Source of the DNA: Mobula hypostoma
Lineage: Eukaryota
Assembly (NCBI RefSeq): GCF_963921235.1
Contig: NC_086107.1
Coordinates: forward strand, 105,464,001 to 105,528,000
Direction: 5' to 3'
Length of the DNA stretch: 64,000 nt
The translations under genes and the position numbers were made by a program. The notes beneath the pieces are model-generated. The model did not search any database. It was not told the origin of the DNA and saw nothing but the letters and a program-made list of their open reading frames with translations. Shown in pieces: positions 13,044-24,900 of this stretch (position 1 is its first letter; every line of letters begins with the position of its first letter).

Positions 13044-13061
13044 ACACACACACACACAAAC

Positions 13062-13093
<32 letters not shown>

Positions 13094-13112
13094 TTGTGTG
13101 GATAGATAGATA
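13044..13112. repeat. Compound microsatellite (CA)n(TA)n(TG)n(GATA)n
   Basis: Visible in sequence. Confidence 0.9.
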
Positions 13113-13599
13113 GAGGCCCTTCCAGCCCAACAAGCCCACTGCCCAGTAACCCACCCATTTAACCCTAGGCCAATCACAGGACAATTTACAGTGATCAATT
13201 AACCTTACCACTGGTACGTCTTTGGAACATGGGAGGAAAATGAAGCACCCAGAGGAACTCTATAAAGTCAGTTTTAGTTTCGAAAACTAAATGTCTTTCA
13301 GTCTTCTAAAACTTTGTATATGGTGAAATACCTATTTGCTAATCTATTCCTCATGGTTTTTGTTATTCTGGACTGTGGGTTATTTCATTGTAGGATGTCT
13401 AAGAAAGTTACAGTTAACTTTTGGAGAAGTGCAAGAACTTTTTCTCAGGGAAAGGGAGCCCAGAACAGTAACATCATGAAGGATCCCACTCACCCTCCTC
13501 ATGGTCTGTTTGTCCCACCCACATCAGGAACAAGACTACGTAGCATCCACGACAGAACCACCGGACTCGAAAACGGTTACTTTCCCCAAACATCTGGTT

Positions 13600-14190
13600 C
13601 CTAAGGGTTGTCATAGCTGGGGTTGGTAGTGGGGATAAGCTCCCACTACCTATAAAGTGCTCCAAATGGCGTATGACTCTAACAGCCTCTGACAACCAAG
13701 TCCAACTCTTGGCCTTCACGTGAGGCTTAGCTACTAGGCCCAGTGGAACTGTTTCTACTGACAAGAGAAGGGGCAAAGGAGGACCACTGACACCTCAAAA
13801 CCAGTTGCTTCGGGCAGGTGGGGCTCGTCAGCTTTGGACGGCAGCCCGCCTGGGAGAAGGAACACTGATTTTAAATCTCCGCTGCCTTGCAGCCATACCC
13901 ACCCATGGGAAAGGCTTCAGGAGTAAACCCTGAGGAAGAAATCCCGAGCTCGGGGTCTCTAAGGCAGTTTGATGTTGTTTACAACTTCACTCTGGCAACC
14001 CCTGCGACGACACTAGCGCCAAGCTGTATCGGCGCTTGCCCTTCCCTTGGATTACATCAGAGGGGGAGCCCGCTGCACAGGCAACAGCCGGTTCTTCAAA
14101 TCTTCCCGCCCAGGCTTGCGCCCTGGAGAGGACATAGTCCACCAGAGGCGCAAACCCATGATCCCCCGGGATCAATGGCTGCCTACTAGA
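13600..14190 (+). mobile_element. Non-autonomous RTE-related retroelement; related inverted copy at ~30592-31903
   Basis: Blocks shared with the 31.5-31.9 kb copy (GGAGAAGGAACACTGATTTTAAA, GGAGTAAACCCTGAGGAA); 5' hairpin GGTAGTGGG...CCCACTACC; no ORF. Confidence 0.55.
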
Positions 14191-14889
14191 GGCTGATCAA
14201 CACCTCCACCCACTAACCCACCCTTCCGGACCCTCCACCACCACTACTTTATCACTTCTGTCAGTCACTTTATATACAAACACTCCTGTGCCCAGCATCA
14301 CTTATCTGATGCATTTATATTTATTGCGTGTTCTTTTTTTAATTACTGTATTGTGTTCTTTTCCTGATTGTGTTTCTCTCTGTGCTGCATTGGATTGGGA
14401 GTAACAATTATTTTGTTCTCAGTTATCTTTGTGCACTGGAAATGACATTAAACAATCTTAAATCATAAACTTTGAACTAGCTAGAGGGAGCCACACACAA
14501 AGTGCTGCAGGAACTCTGCGACCGTCCATTTTCCTCCATGGATGCTGCTTGATCTGTTGAGTTTCTCCGGTGCTCTGCGCGTACCTCCAGGTACCAGCCT
14601 CGGCATCCTCTTGTGTGTGAGGGCACAGGTTTAAAGAGAAAGGGGTAAAGGTTTAAGAGGGACCTGAGGGGCAACTTCTACACACAGAGGGTGCTGTGTA
14701 TACTGCATTATACAAACTGCCAGGGGAAATGATGGAGGCAGGGATTTCATTTGTTTACCACACTATGGAGTATTCTGGACCTCATGGGTGGCGGGGTGGA
14801 GGTACGTCTCTACCAAAGGAGGTGTAAACTGCTCTTTTCCTCTGCCAGTCTGCAGGTCACCCTTTGGCAAGGTGAGGCACCTGCTTAGA

Positions 14890-15366
14890 TTCAAGATTCA
14901 AGATTCAAAAGATTCAAAAAACTTTATTGTCATTCTGACCGTACATTAGCTCTGCAGGGCAGAATGAGGCAGCGTTTCTCAGGAGCAGTGAAATCATAAC
15001 ATAACAAACGCAACACTAAATAATAAACATAACAATAAATAGTAAAACACAACAGCCGCGTGTCACTTAAAATCAGTTATAAGTGTCCAGTGCAAGTTAA
15101 AAGTGTCCAAAGCAGAGTCAGGTAGAGCAGCTATTTAGCAGTCTGACTGCCTGTGGGAGGAAGCTGTTTAGTAGCCTTGTGGTTTTAGTTTTGATGCTCC
15201 TGTAACGTTTGCCTGATGGCAGAAGAACAAACAGTTCATGGAGAGAGTGTGAGGGGTCTTTAATGATGTACCGTGTCTTCTGGAGGTATCGACTCTGAAA
15301 GAGGTCTTGGACAGAAGGTAGGGAGACCCCAATAATCTTCTCTGCTCCCCTAACCAACCTCTGCAA
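14890..15366 (-). mobile_element. Rex1/Babar-like LINE 3' fragment
   Basis: IIKDPSHSLHELFVLLPSGKRYRSIKTKTTRLLNSFLPQAVRLLN; (GATTCAA)n tail; flanked by GCTTAG duplication. Confidence 0.8.
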
Positions 15367-16515
15367 GGCTTAGCCCTCTGATCAGGGTTATGTGAAGCCA
15401 TAGGAGCAGGTGGTGGATGGTCGTATGAGCGTACCACAAGTACTGGTTATGTGACCATTGATGATAGGCAGACAATCTCTGCAGAGCGTTGATAATTTTT
15501 TTTTTGGGGAGGGGATGTGTGGGGTTAGTTAGCAGGGCAGGAATTCTTTTGCACTCTGAGATATTTCAAAATTTCAAAATACACCAATGCCTTTGAATGG
15601 TTTGTCCTTTGTTTCTTGTGATATCATTCTGGAGGAACATTGTATCATTTTTTAATGCATGCATTTCTAAATGACAATAAACGAGGAATGAGTGTCTTCA
15701 TAATCTAAAAAAAATCCTACAAGAGGTACAGTAGTGGGGATTCAGCCCAGTACTGATCAGATAAAGCCCTCACAACCAGTGAACACATCTATATGAAGCA
15801 CTGTCATAGGAAATCAGCATTCATCATCAAAGATCCTCACCACCCAGTCCATGCTCTTTTCTCGCTGCTGCCATCAGGTAGAAGGTACAAGAGCCTCAGG
15901 ACTCACACCACCAGGTTCAAGAACAGTTACTACCCCTCAACCATCAGGCGCTGGAACAAAAGGGTGTAACTACACTCATCTATTGAGATGTTCCCACAAC
16001 CAACGATCTCACTTTAAGGAGTCTTTACCTTGTTATTTCATGCTCTTGTTATTTATTGCTATTTATTTATAGTTGCATTTGCACATTTTGTTGTCTCCTA
16101 TGCTCTTGCTCTTTCATTGATCCTGTTGTAGTTACTGTTCTGTAAATTTGCTGAGTTTGCCTGCAGAGAAAGAATCTCAGGGTTATACGTACTCTGGTAA
16201 TAAATTTTACTTTGAACTTTTGAACTTTGATTTAAAAATCAGAGTTTGTATTGGTACACAACTTGAAATTTGTCCTCTTCACAGAGATCCTTGAAACAAA
16301 GAAATCCCACAGAACAATAGAAACCTCGAAGCCCTGATGCTCTCCCTCCCTTCGTACGAGCACCAGCAAAAAGCACCGACCTTCCACTCCACCCGCACCA
16401 GCAGGAGCATTGCCCAGCCCCACCGAGCAAGCGACAGAAGCACCAAAGAGTCATTGGTCCAGAGTCCATTAAACCACAGCCTTACAGTCTACAATCCAGC
16501 ACTTCAGTATCTCAG

Positions 16516-16519
<4 letters not shown>

Positions 16520-16579
<60 letters not shown>

Positions 16580-16595
16580 ACTCTCCCTCTCTCCC
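16520..16595. repeat. (CT)n microsatellite
   Basis: Visible in sequence. Confidence 0.9.
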
Positions 16596-19500
16596 TCCCC
16601 CCACCCCCCAGTGAGGGAGTGAAAGGCCGCTTCTCTTACTTAAAGGGTCAAGGCTACCCTCTCGGTGCTTGGTGCTCTGACTGAAGTTTTCTGCTCTCTG
16701 TGTCCTTGTATTGTTCAAGGTTGGATCTAGCTTTTTTTTTGTTTAATTAAACTCCTAGCTGAACTCTATTATTCTCAGTCTCTGTGTTTTCCTGCATCTG
16801 GATCTGAGCACGAACCCTGACACAATACAGCAAAATGTTACAATAACATTTAAAACACACTTGAACAGGGTTATGGATGGGAAAGGGATAGAGGGATATG
16901 GCTCAGGTGAGGGCAATTGGGACTAACAGATGCGCATCTTGGTCAGTATGAATGAGTTGGGCCGAAGGGCCTGTTTCTGTGCTGTACTGCACAATGACTA
17001 AGAACTTTATCAGATATCCTGGACTGACATCTCTGTGTTGCTCTGCTGTAACCATTTTCCATGACTGGGTGGCACGGTAGTGTAGCGGCTAGTGTAACCG
17101 TTTACAGGGCCAGTGTCTGGGGTTCGATTCCCGCTGCAGTCTGAAAGATGTTTGTACATTCTCCCCACAACCATGCGGGAGTCCTCCAGGTGCTCCAGTG
17201 TACATACGGTTAGGGTTGGTAAGTTGTGGGCTCGCTATGCTGGTGTTGGAAGCATGGCAACACTTGGGGACTGCCCCCAGCACATCCTTGGACTGTTGGC
17301 CATTGGCGCAAATGATGCATTTCTCTGCTTGTTTCGATGTTTGGGAGCGGGAAGCGCAGAATCAAATATCGCCATGATGATTGTACGTTCTAGTATCAAT
17401 TGTTTGGCGACAATAAAGTATAAAGTATGTTTCAATTCAAACTTCAAAATACAAAGTATGTATATGTCACCATATACCACCCTGAAATTCATTTTATTAT
17501 CCATTTTACAGATGTGAAGAAATATAATAGAATCAATGAAAAACTACACACAAACACAACCAACCAGTGTGCAAAAGACATATTGTGTAATTACAAAAAT
17601 CAAATCATAACAATAACGAATAAACAATGCTGAGAAGTTGTGGAATCCTTGAAAGTGAATCCATAAGTTGTGGAATCAGTTCAGGGTTGAGGTGAGTGAA
17701 GTTATCCACTCTGGTTCAGGAGCCTGATGGTTGTAGGGTATTAATTGTTCCTGAACCTGGTGGTATGGGACGTAAGACTCCTGTAACTCCTTTCTGATGG
17801 CAGCAGTGAGAAGAAAGCATGGCCTAGCTGGTGGGAGCCCTTGATGACGGATGCTGCTTTCTCGTGGCAATGATCCTCGTAGATGTGCTCAATGGCTTAT
17901 TTTACAACTCAAAAATAACACGGCTTCAGAAGCAGATGGCATCTCTGTTTAAATCCTCAGTAGGGAAGGGCTTCAGTCCAAAATCGACAGGTGGCATCTC
18001 AGGGGAAGTGTCAGAGGCAGGTACAATTACGACATTTTAAAAGGCGTCTGGACGGTTTCATTCATGGGAAGGGTTCAGAGGGATATGGGCCAAATGCAGG
18101 CAAACTCATTTAGGCAACTTGATTGCAATGGATGAGTTGGGCCAAAGGGAGCCAAGGTCACTACTATATAATAGTTAAAAATAAAATATAAATATTAGAA
18201 GAGAGTAAGGATTTTCAGGAGTTCCAGAGATGAAGAAATAAAATCGACTACAAGTTATTGGGTTTATTTAAAGCGGAGGCTGATAGGTTCTTGATTAGGA
18301 AGGGTGTCCAAGGTTAGGGGAGAAGGTGGGAGAATGGGGTTGAGAGGCATAATGCATCCGCCATGATGGAATAGCAGAGCAGATTTGATGGGCTAAATGG
18401 CCTACTTCAGCTATGATATCTTATGGTCCTCTGCTTCAGTCTGTGAAGAACCTCTTCTCAGAGCCCTCTGTTTGTGACGGGTGACTTGCCCACCTGCAAC
18501 TCATTGGCATGTTTTTCTATTTTGTAAGAATTGTTTTTATGTTTTGGAAATCCTTTAGAGAATTATAATTTCAGCTAGAATTTATGTCCCAAAATAAGCA
18601 TTCTCCAATTAAAATAAAATAACTGTGTTGGCTTGAAGTATCTCCTCTTGGATTGGCGGGGGGGGGGGGTGCGGTTTATATCACTCGATATTTTCAAAAA
18701 GTCCAAAGTTCAAGTTTATTTGTTGTTGAACCATACACATGTATACTGCTAAACAAAACAGCGTTCCTCTGGGGCCATGGTGTAAAACACAGTACATATA
18801 GCCACACCACAGTAAACAGCACATATAGTTACGACAGCATGTGCAGTTGAGAGAAGTAATATTAGCACAGGTCCCTGAGTGGAATGGCCTGAAGAGTGAT
18901 GGTGCATGGGGTGTTGCCCTGGAGCCACGTTTCTGCAAGAACAGGTATGCAGCAGTTGCTCATCTCGCACTGGTGACAGCTAAGCCCCTTTAGTAAAAGA
19001 GACTAAAGTGGTTAGGTAAATTATTCTTTGAAATACAAGTGGCTACAGTATAGTTTCCCTAAAATGAGGAGAGTAATAGTAGACACAGCTGATAAGGCTT
19101 AAGGTCTTTAAGTCTAGAATAGACACACTCAATATCATTGTGGAGTCCTATTCAGTTGAAGAGTTACTTCCCAAATCACCATATAGATGCTATTCACTAG
19201 AGACACAGTAGACATGACAATTCTAAAGGAAGTGCAGGAAACAACACCAGCCACAGTATCTTCAGCATCATGAAGCCTTTAACTCCAACCATCAGGATCG
19301 ACGATGGAAAACCCTCTTCAAATCAAGTTGTGGTGCTAACCAGCGAGTCCGTGACGATACGGATCTCGATGAAAACAAGGCTGCTTCATTCCCCAACACT
19401 CTTCTGATCTTTCTTATCGCATTATTGGCGCTCACTTCCAACAAAACAAGGGAGTGACCCCACTCCCTTGTTTCTCTCGACAAAGGTGAAGTCCACCACT

Positions 19501-19689
19501 GCCTTGAACAAGCCAACATGGTCCTTAGTTAACTGATAAAAAGGAATTTGAAGATCAAAATCAATGTCAGGCCCAGGATAGATCCCCTGAGATGTTCAGA
19601 ATCAGAATCAGGTCCAATATCACCAGCATATGTCATGAAATTTATTGTTTATCCGCAGCAGTACATTGCAATACATAATAAAAAATATA

Positions 19690-21080
19690 ATTCCCACCTC
19701 AGCTACTGAAGTTTGTAACTCTTCCAGAGATGTCATAGGTCTCTTGGTGGTCTCCCACACTAGTCCCCTTGCATGGTCACTCAGTTTTTGAGGACGTCCT
19801 GCTCTAGGCAGATTTACAGCTGTGCTGTATGCTTTCCATTTCTGAATGATTGACTTAACTCTACTCCAAAGGTTATTCAGTGACTTGGAAATTTTCTTGT
19901 ATCCGTCTCCTGACTTGCGCTTTTCAATAACTTTTTTGCAGAGTTGCCTGGAGTGTTCTTTTGTTTTCATGGTGTAGTTTTAGCCAGGATACTGACTCAC
20001 CAGCAGTCGGACCTGCCAGATACAGGTGTACTTTTATTGTGTTACGAGAATACACATAAAATTAAGATGTTTGCTGGCCTGGGCTAGCATCAGTGGCATC
20101 AGCAGTTGGTCTGCCACCTGCCCTCAGGGGAAGGAGAGATAAGGAACAATGGAGCAGCATCTGGAGATGTGTAATGGAGGGACGTGGGAGAGAGAGCTGT
20201 CTGGAGCGGCTCCCCCCTTTGAACCCTGAACTGTTTGAAGTGATGGACAGGCGATACCCCAGCAGGGGGATAGAAAGGGGACAGGTTCGCTAAGACAGAC
20301 ACACACGCCACCCGAGGTAACGAGACCCTGGAAGCGGTGCGCCTCTCACGAGTGGGTGAGAAGTGCCAGACAACGACCAGGGTGGAAAGGTACGATCAGC
20401 GGGAACCCGGTGTGTGTCCGCCCTTGCCTGGGTGCCGGGTTCACTGCAGAGGATCGACCGCATCTGGAGGAGGGGTCACAGTCGGTGACCTCAGGTGACA
20501 TCACCAAGGACCCGCCCAAAAGTTGCTTGTGAGCCATCCCGCTGGTCTGTGAGTGAAGCCGTTCTGAATGATCAGTTGTTCCTGTTCTCTCTGTCTCTCT
20601 TCCCCCACCTTGTCCATCGCCATGGCAACGATTACTGCGAACTGAACTACAAACTGGACTGAACTTTGAGTCATTTTGAAATTGGTCATTTACCCCTAGA
20701 CAACGATAGAGCTTGATTGATGCTGTTATCTTACTTCTGTGCACATGTGTGTTTATCATCACTGAACTGTTGCATTTATTATCCTTTCGATTAATGTGTT
20801 GCTTGTTTCTTTAATAAAACTTTCTTAGTTCTAGTACTCCAGACTCCAACTGAGTGATCCATTTCTGCTGGTTTGGCAACCCAGTTACGGGGTACGTAAC
20901 AATTGAAACACCTTAACTACACACAGTGATCTACATTTAACTTATTATGTGACTTCTAAAACCAACCGGCTGCACCAGTGATGATTTGGTATGTCGTATT
21001 AAAGGGGGTGAATACTTATGCAATCAATTATTTTGTGTTTTATATTTGTGATTAATTCAGATAACTTCATAGGGATCTGT
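19690..21080 (-). mobile_element. Tc1-like transposon remnant (transposase N-terminal HTH), interrupted by a solo LTR
   Basis: MKTKEHSRQLCKKVIEKRKSGDGYKKISKSL...LPRAGRPQKLSD (GRPxK motif). Confidence 0.85.
20040..20901 (+). mobile_element. Solo LTR (862 bp)
   Basis: TGTTACG...CGTAACA ends, perfect 4-bp TSD ATTG, AATAAA near 20813. Confidence 0.9.
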
Positions 21081-21709
21081 TGAAGAAAATCAGTTTCTTG
21101 GTCTTATCATAAACTTAAGGAGAAGGAAATCATTCATTCAGATGTTGACACACAGGAACTTGAAGCTGCTCACCATTTCCAATGAAAACTGGTGTGTGTT
21201 CTCCTGACTTCCTCTTCCTGGAGACCACAGTCAATTCCTTGGTCTTGCTGATGTTAGACTTGATGTTGTTGTAACACCACTCAACCAGCTGATCTATCTC
21301 GCTCCGGTATGCCTCCTCATCGTCACCCGAGATTCTGCCAATAACAGTGGGTGTTGGAGATGGGTGCCTGAGCTGTGCTTAGTCACGAGCATTGCTACAG
21401 TACGGCAGTAGGCCCAGCTCTCACCCTAACACCTGAGGAGATTTCATTACTGACCTGCGCTGACCGTCTTTCCCCGATGTGGGAGTTGATGAGCCAGTTG
21501 CAGAGGGAGGTACAGAAGCCCAGGTTTTGAAGTTTGGTTGTCAGCACTGAGGGGATGATCGTGAAAAGTGAGCAGCACGGCAGAGTCGTGGTTTGTGCAA
21601 TGCGAGGGTTCAATACCCGCCGCTGCCTGTGAGGAGTTTGCACGTTCTCCTTGTGACCATGCGGGTTTCCTCCCGCATTCTAAAGTGTTAAGGATTAGGA
21701 AGTTGTAGG

Positions 21710-22356
21710 CGGGAGGAGAAGATGGCGGCGCGACGCAGCTTGCAGCCGCCACCCGGTGGTGATGTCTGTTATTTGTCAAGTAGGGTGCCGTGCACAATCC
21801 TGATTTGATGGAGATGGACGTGAGAGCACGGAGGAACATCTGGTGAAACTTCTGAAATGCCTGCTTCGCTACTGCTGCTACTGTGTAATCCAGAATCTCC
21901 GGAGGGGAAGGCCCCGAGTCCTCGGCTTTGTTTGTTGCTCGGCGGCCGGGTCGGGGTTGAAGCACTCGGCAGAGGCTGTGTCCGAGCCTCGAAGTTTTTG
22001 GACGGACTCAGAGTCCGCTGCGGTCAGGTGCTTCCAATGGTGCTGCATCGGCAAGTTGGCGGCGCTTGGAGGTTCATGGCAGGGAGAGTTTCTTCCTTCT
22101 GCATAAGATGACGAGTCTATCAGGACTTTGAGACTTTTTTTTTACTGTGCCCATGGTCTGCTCTTTTTCAAATTATGGTATTGCTCTGCACTGTTGTAAC
22201 TATATGTTATAATTATGTGGTTTTGTCAGTTTTAGTCTTGGTTTGTCCTGTGTTTTCTTGTGATATCATTCTGGAGGAACGTTGTATCATTTTTTAATGC
22301 ATGCAATTCTAAATGACAATAAACAAGGACTGAGTGTCCTCATAATCTAATCTAAT
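21710..22356 (+). mobile_element. Non-coding non-LTR retroelement with AAGATGGCGGCG 5' end and (AATCT)n tail, inserted in a V-SINE
   Basis: GC-rich head; 3' end shared with a truncated copy at ~15600-15710; host SINE resumes after the tail. Confidence 0.6.
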
Positions 22357-22703
22357 GCTATGTTGGCGCCAGAAGCGTGGCAATCCTTGCGGGCTACCCC
22401 CCCCCAGCAGATCTTCAGACTGTGTGGGTCGTTGACACAAACAATGCATTCCACTAACAAGAGAAAGTCTGCAGATGCTGCAAATCCGAGGAACATCACA
22501 AAAAGTGCTTGAGGAACTCAGCAGGCCAGGCAGCGTCTATGGAAAAGAACCGATGAAGGGTCTCGGCCCGAAACGTCGTCTGTTTACTCTTTTCCATAGA
22601 TGCTGCCTGGCCTGCTGAGTTCCTCCAGCATTTTGTGTGTGCTGCAATGCATTTCCCTTCATGTTTTGATGTAGATGAGACAAATAAAGCTAATCTTTAA
22701 GAG

Positions 22704-22873
22704 CGCAAACACAAGGAATTCTGCAGATGCTGGAAATTCAAGCAATACACATGAAAGTTGCTGGTGAACGCAGCACTGGCCTGACGAAGGGTCTCGGCCT
22801 GAAACATCGACTGTAGCTCTTCCTAGAGATGCTGCCTGGCCTGCTGCGTTCACCAGCAACTTTGATGTGTGTT
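22704..22873. mobile_element. Penelope-derived fold-back mini-element with hammerhead motif
   Basis: Perfect 15-bp TSD GCTAATCTTTAAGAG (22689-22703, 22874-22888); CTGACGA-AGG-GTCTCGG-CCT-GAAA-CATC-GACTG. Confidence 0.88.
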
Positions 22874-23454
22874 GCTAATCTTTAAGAGTTAACCTTTAAT
22901 AAAACTGATCTTTAAAAAGAACAACATGATGTATATTTTCCTCTCGTCTAGTTGCTCCAAAGCCAAGTGGAGAAGTGGTAAAATTGTTCTGCAGTAGACA
23001 AAGGTGAATTGCAACGGGTCCAGGTCCTTGCTGAGGAAGGAGTTAATTCTAGCCATGACCGACCCCTCAAGGCACTTCATCACAGTATAAGTGAGTGCCA
23101 CCAGGCAATAGCAGCTGAGACAGCTCACCCAGCTCCCCTTTGGCACTGGCATGATCAATGCCCTTTTAAAGCCAGTGAGAGGTTGAAGATGTCCTTCAAC
23201 ACTCCTGCCAGTTGGTTGGCACAGATTTTCGGTACTGTGGCAGGTACACCATTGGGACCTGGTGCCTTGTAAGTGTTCACTCTCTTGGACGTTCTGACGT
23301 TGGCCGCCGAGATATAGGAAACAGGGTCACCAGATGCTCTGGGAATTGGCGCAGGCATAGTGTTATCCTCCTTTTCAAAGCCTGTAGGAAAGGTGTTGAG
23401 CTCACTGGTGAATGAAACATATCCCCTTTTCCTAGTTTGTTTGTCTCCAGCTTT

Positions 23455-24400
23455 TCTTTCCAGAACATCAGAGATGTTTTCCCTCTTCATAGAATAGGGT
23501 TTCCCTTCCTCTATCATTAATGCTGCCCTCACCCACATCTCCTCCATTCCCCAGGCTTCTGTGCTCACCCCGTCTTCCCACCAACTTAACACGGATAGTG
23601 TTACTCTTGTTCTCACCTACCACCCCATGAGATTCCGCAACCTTGGCCATCTTCAATGGGACCTTACCACTAAACACAGATTTACCTCCCCCCCGCCACC
23701 TACTTGGCTTTCCACAGGGATTTCTCCCTCCGTAATTCCATTGTCCATTTGTCCCTCCCCACTAATCTTTCTCCTGGCACTTAAGCCTGCAAGTGGCCAA
23801 AGTGCTACCGCTGCCCACTCACCTCATCCCTCACATCTATTAAGGGCCCCAAACAGTCCTTGCAGGCGAGGAAACACCTCACATGCAAATCTGTTTTGGT
23901 CGTCTATTGTATCTGCTGCTCCTGATGTGGCTTCCTCTGCATTAGTGAGACCCGTCGTAAATTTGGGTACCGCTTTGTCAAACACCTCCACTCCATCAGC
24001 CACAAGTTGAATTTCCCAGTGGCCAACTTTAATTCCTATTTCCATCCCGACAAGTCGATCCACGATCTCATCCTGTGCCACAAGGAGGCCACTCTCAGGG
24101 TGAAGGAGCAACACCTCATATTTCATCTGGGTAGCTTCTAACCTGGTGGTATGAACATCGATTTCTTGATCCTGTAAAAAAAATCCCACCTCCTCTGTTC
24201 ATCCTCTATTACCACACTGGCCTACTGTACCTCTTCTCTCCTAAGGTACCTTTTCTCACCTACAGTACCTGTCACTATCCCTGGGTCCCCTCCTCCTTCT
24301 CTTTCACCTACGGTCCACTCTCCTCTCCTATCAGATTCCTGCTTCTCCAGCACTTTACCTTTCCCACCCACCTGGCTTCACCTAGAACCTTCTAGCTAGT
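23455..24400 (+). mobile_element. Penelope-like element fragment (GIY-YIG region and 3' end)
   Basis: Collinear with the 1-2445 copy; degenerate VYCICCS..GFLCISETRRKFG. Confidence 0.75.
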
Positions 24401-24639
24401 CCTTTTTTGAAGGTCCTACCTTACTTGTTGAATGTTTCCAGTATTTTCAGTAGCTATCTCTCTTAAATCTGCATTTAATCTGAGCTACTTTGAGATTTAA
24501 TTTAACTACTTAATATATATACAGTACTGTGATTAACTTTTTTCTATACAGCATTTTACAACTGCCGCAAAGAAAACAGATTTCACGACATATGTCGGTT
24601 GTACATCACTGATTCTGATGCCGATGTTGACCTTTGTCA

Positions 24640-24900
24640 TTCCAGTCGTGCAGCGACTGAAGCAACACAAGAACTACAATTCCCAGCGCACACCGCGCAA
24701 GGTTCGCGCATGCTCGTTCAGTGAAGATGGCGGACACGTTACCGGAGGAGACGGAGCGGCGGAGTCCCGAGCCTGAGGAGGAGCCGGAGCCGGAGCCGGA
24801 GCCGCAGACTTTCCGAGATCTGGTAAGTGGCGGTCCCGGGACGGCGCTGAGTGATTGGGGGATGTGCGGCGGCGGCGGATAGAACACTGTCTGAGAAGCC
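24640..24900 (+). promoter_or_regulatory. ddx47 CpG-rich housekeeping promoter
   Basis: ACTACAATTCCCAG (ZNF143/THAP11-type motif) at 24673-24686, NRF1-like GCGCATGCTC at 24706-24715, YY1-like AAGATGGCGG at 24724-24733 overlapping the ATG; no obvious TATA box. Confidence 0.75.
24727..24822 (+). CDS. ddx47: ddx47 coding exon 1 ([32 protein letters not shown])
   Basis: ATG in context aagATGG within a CpG-rich stretch; ends TFRDL (DDX47 TFKDL); donor CTG|GTAAGT. Confidence 0.93.
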
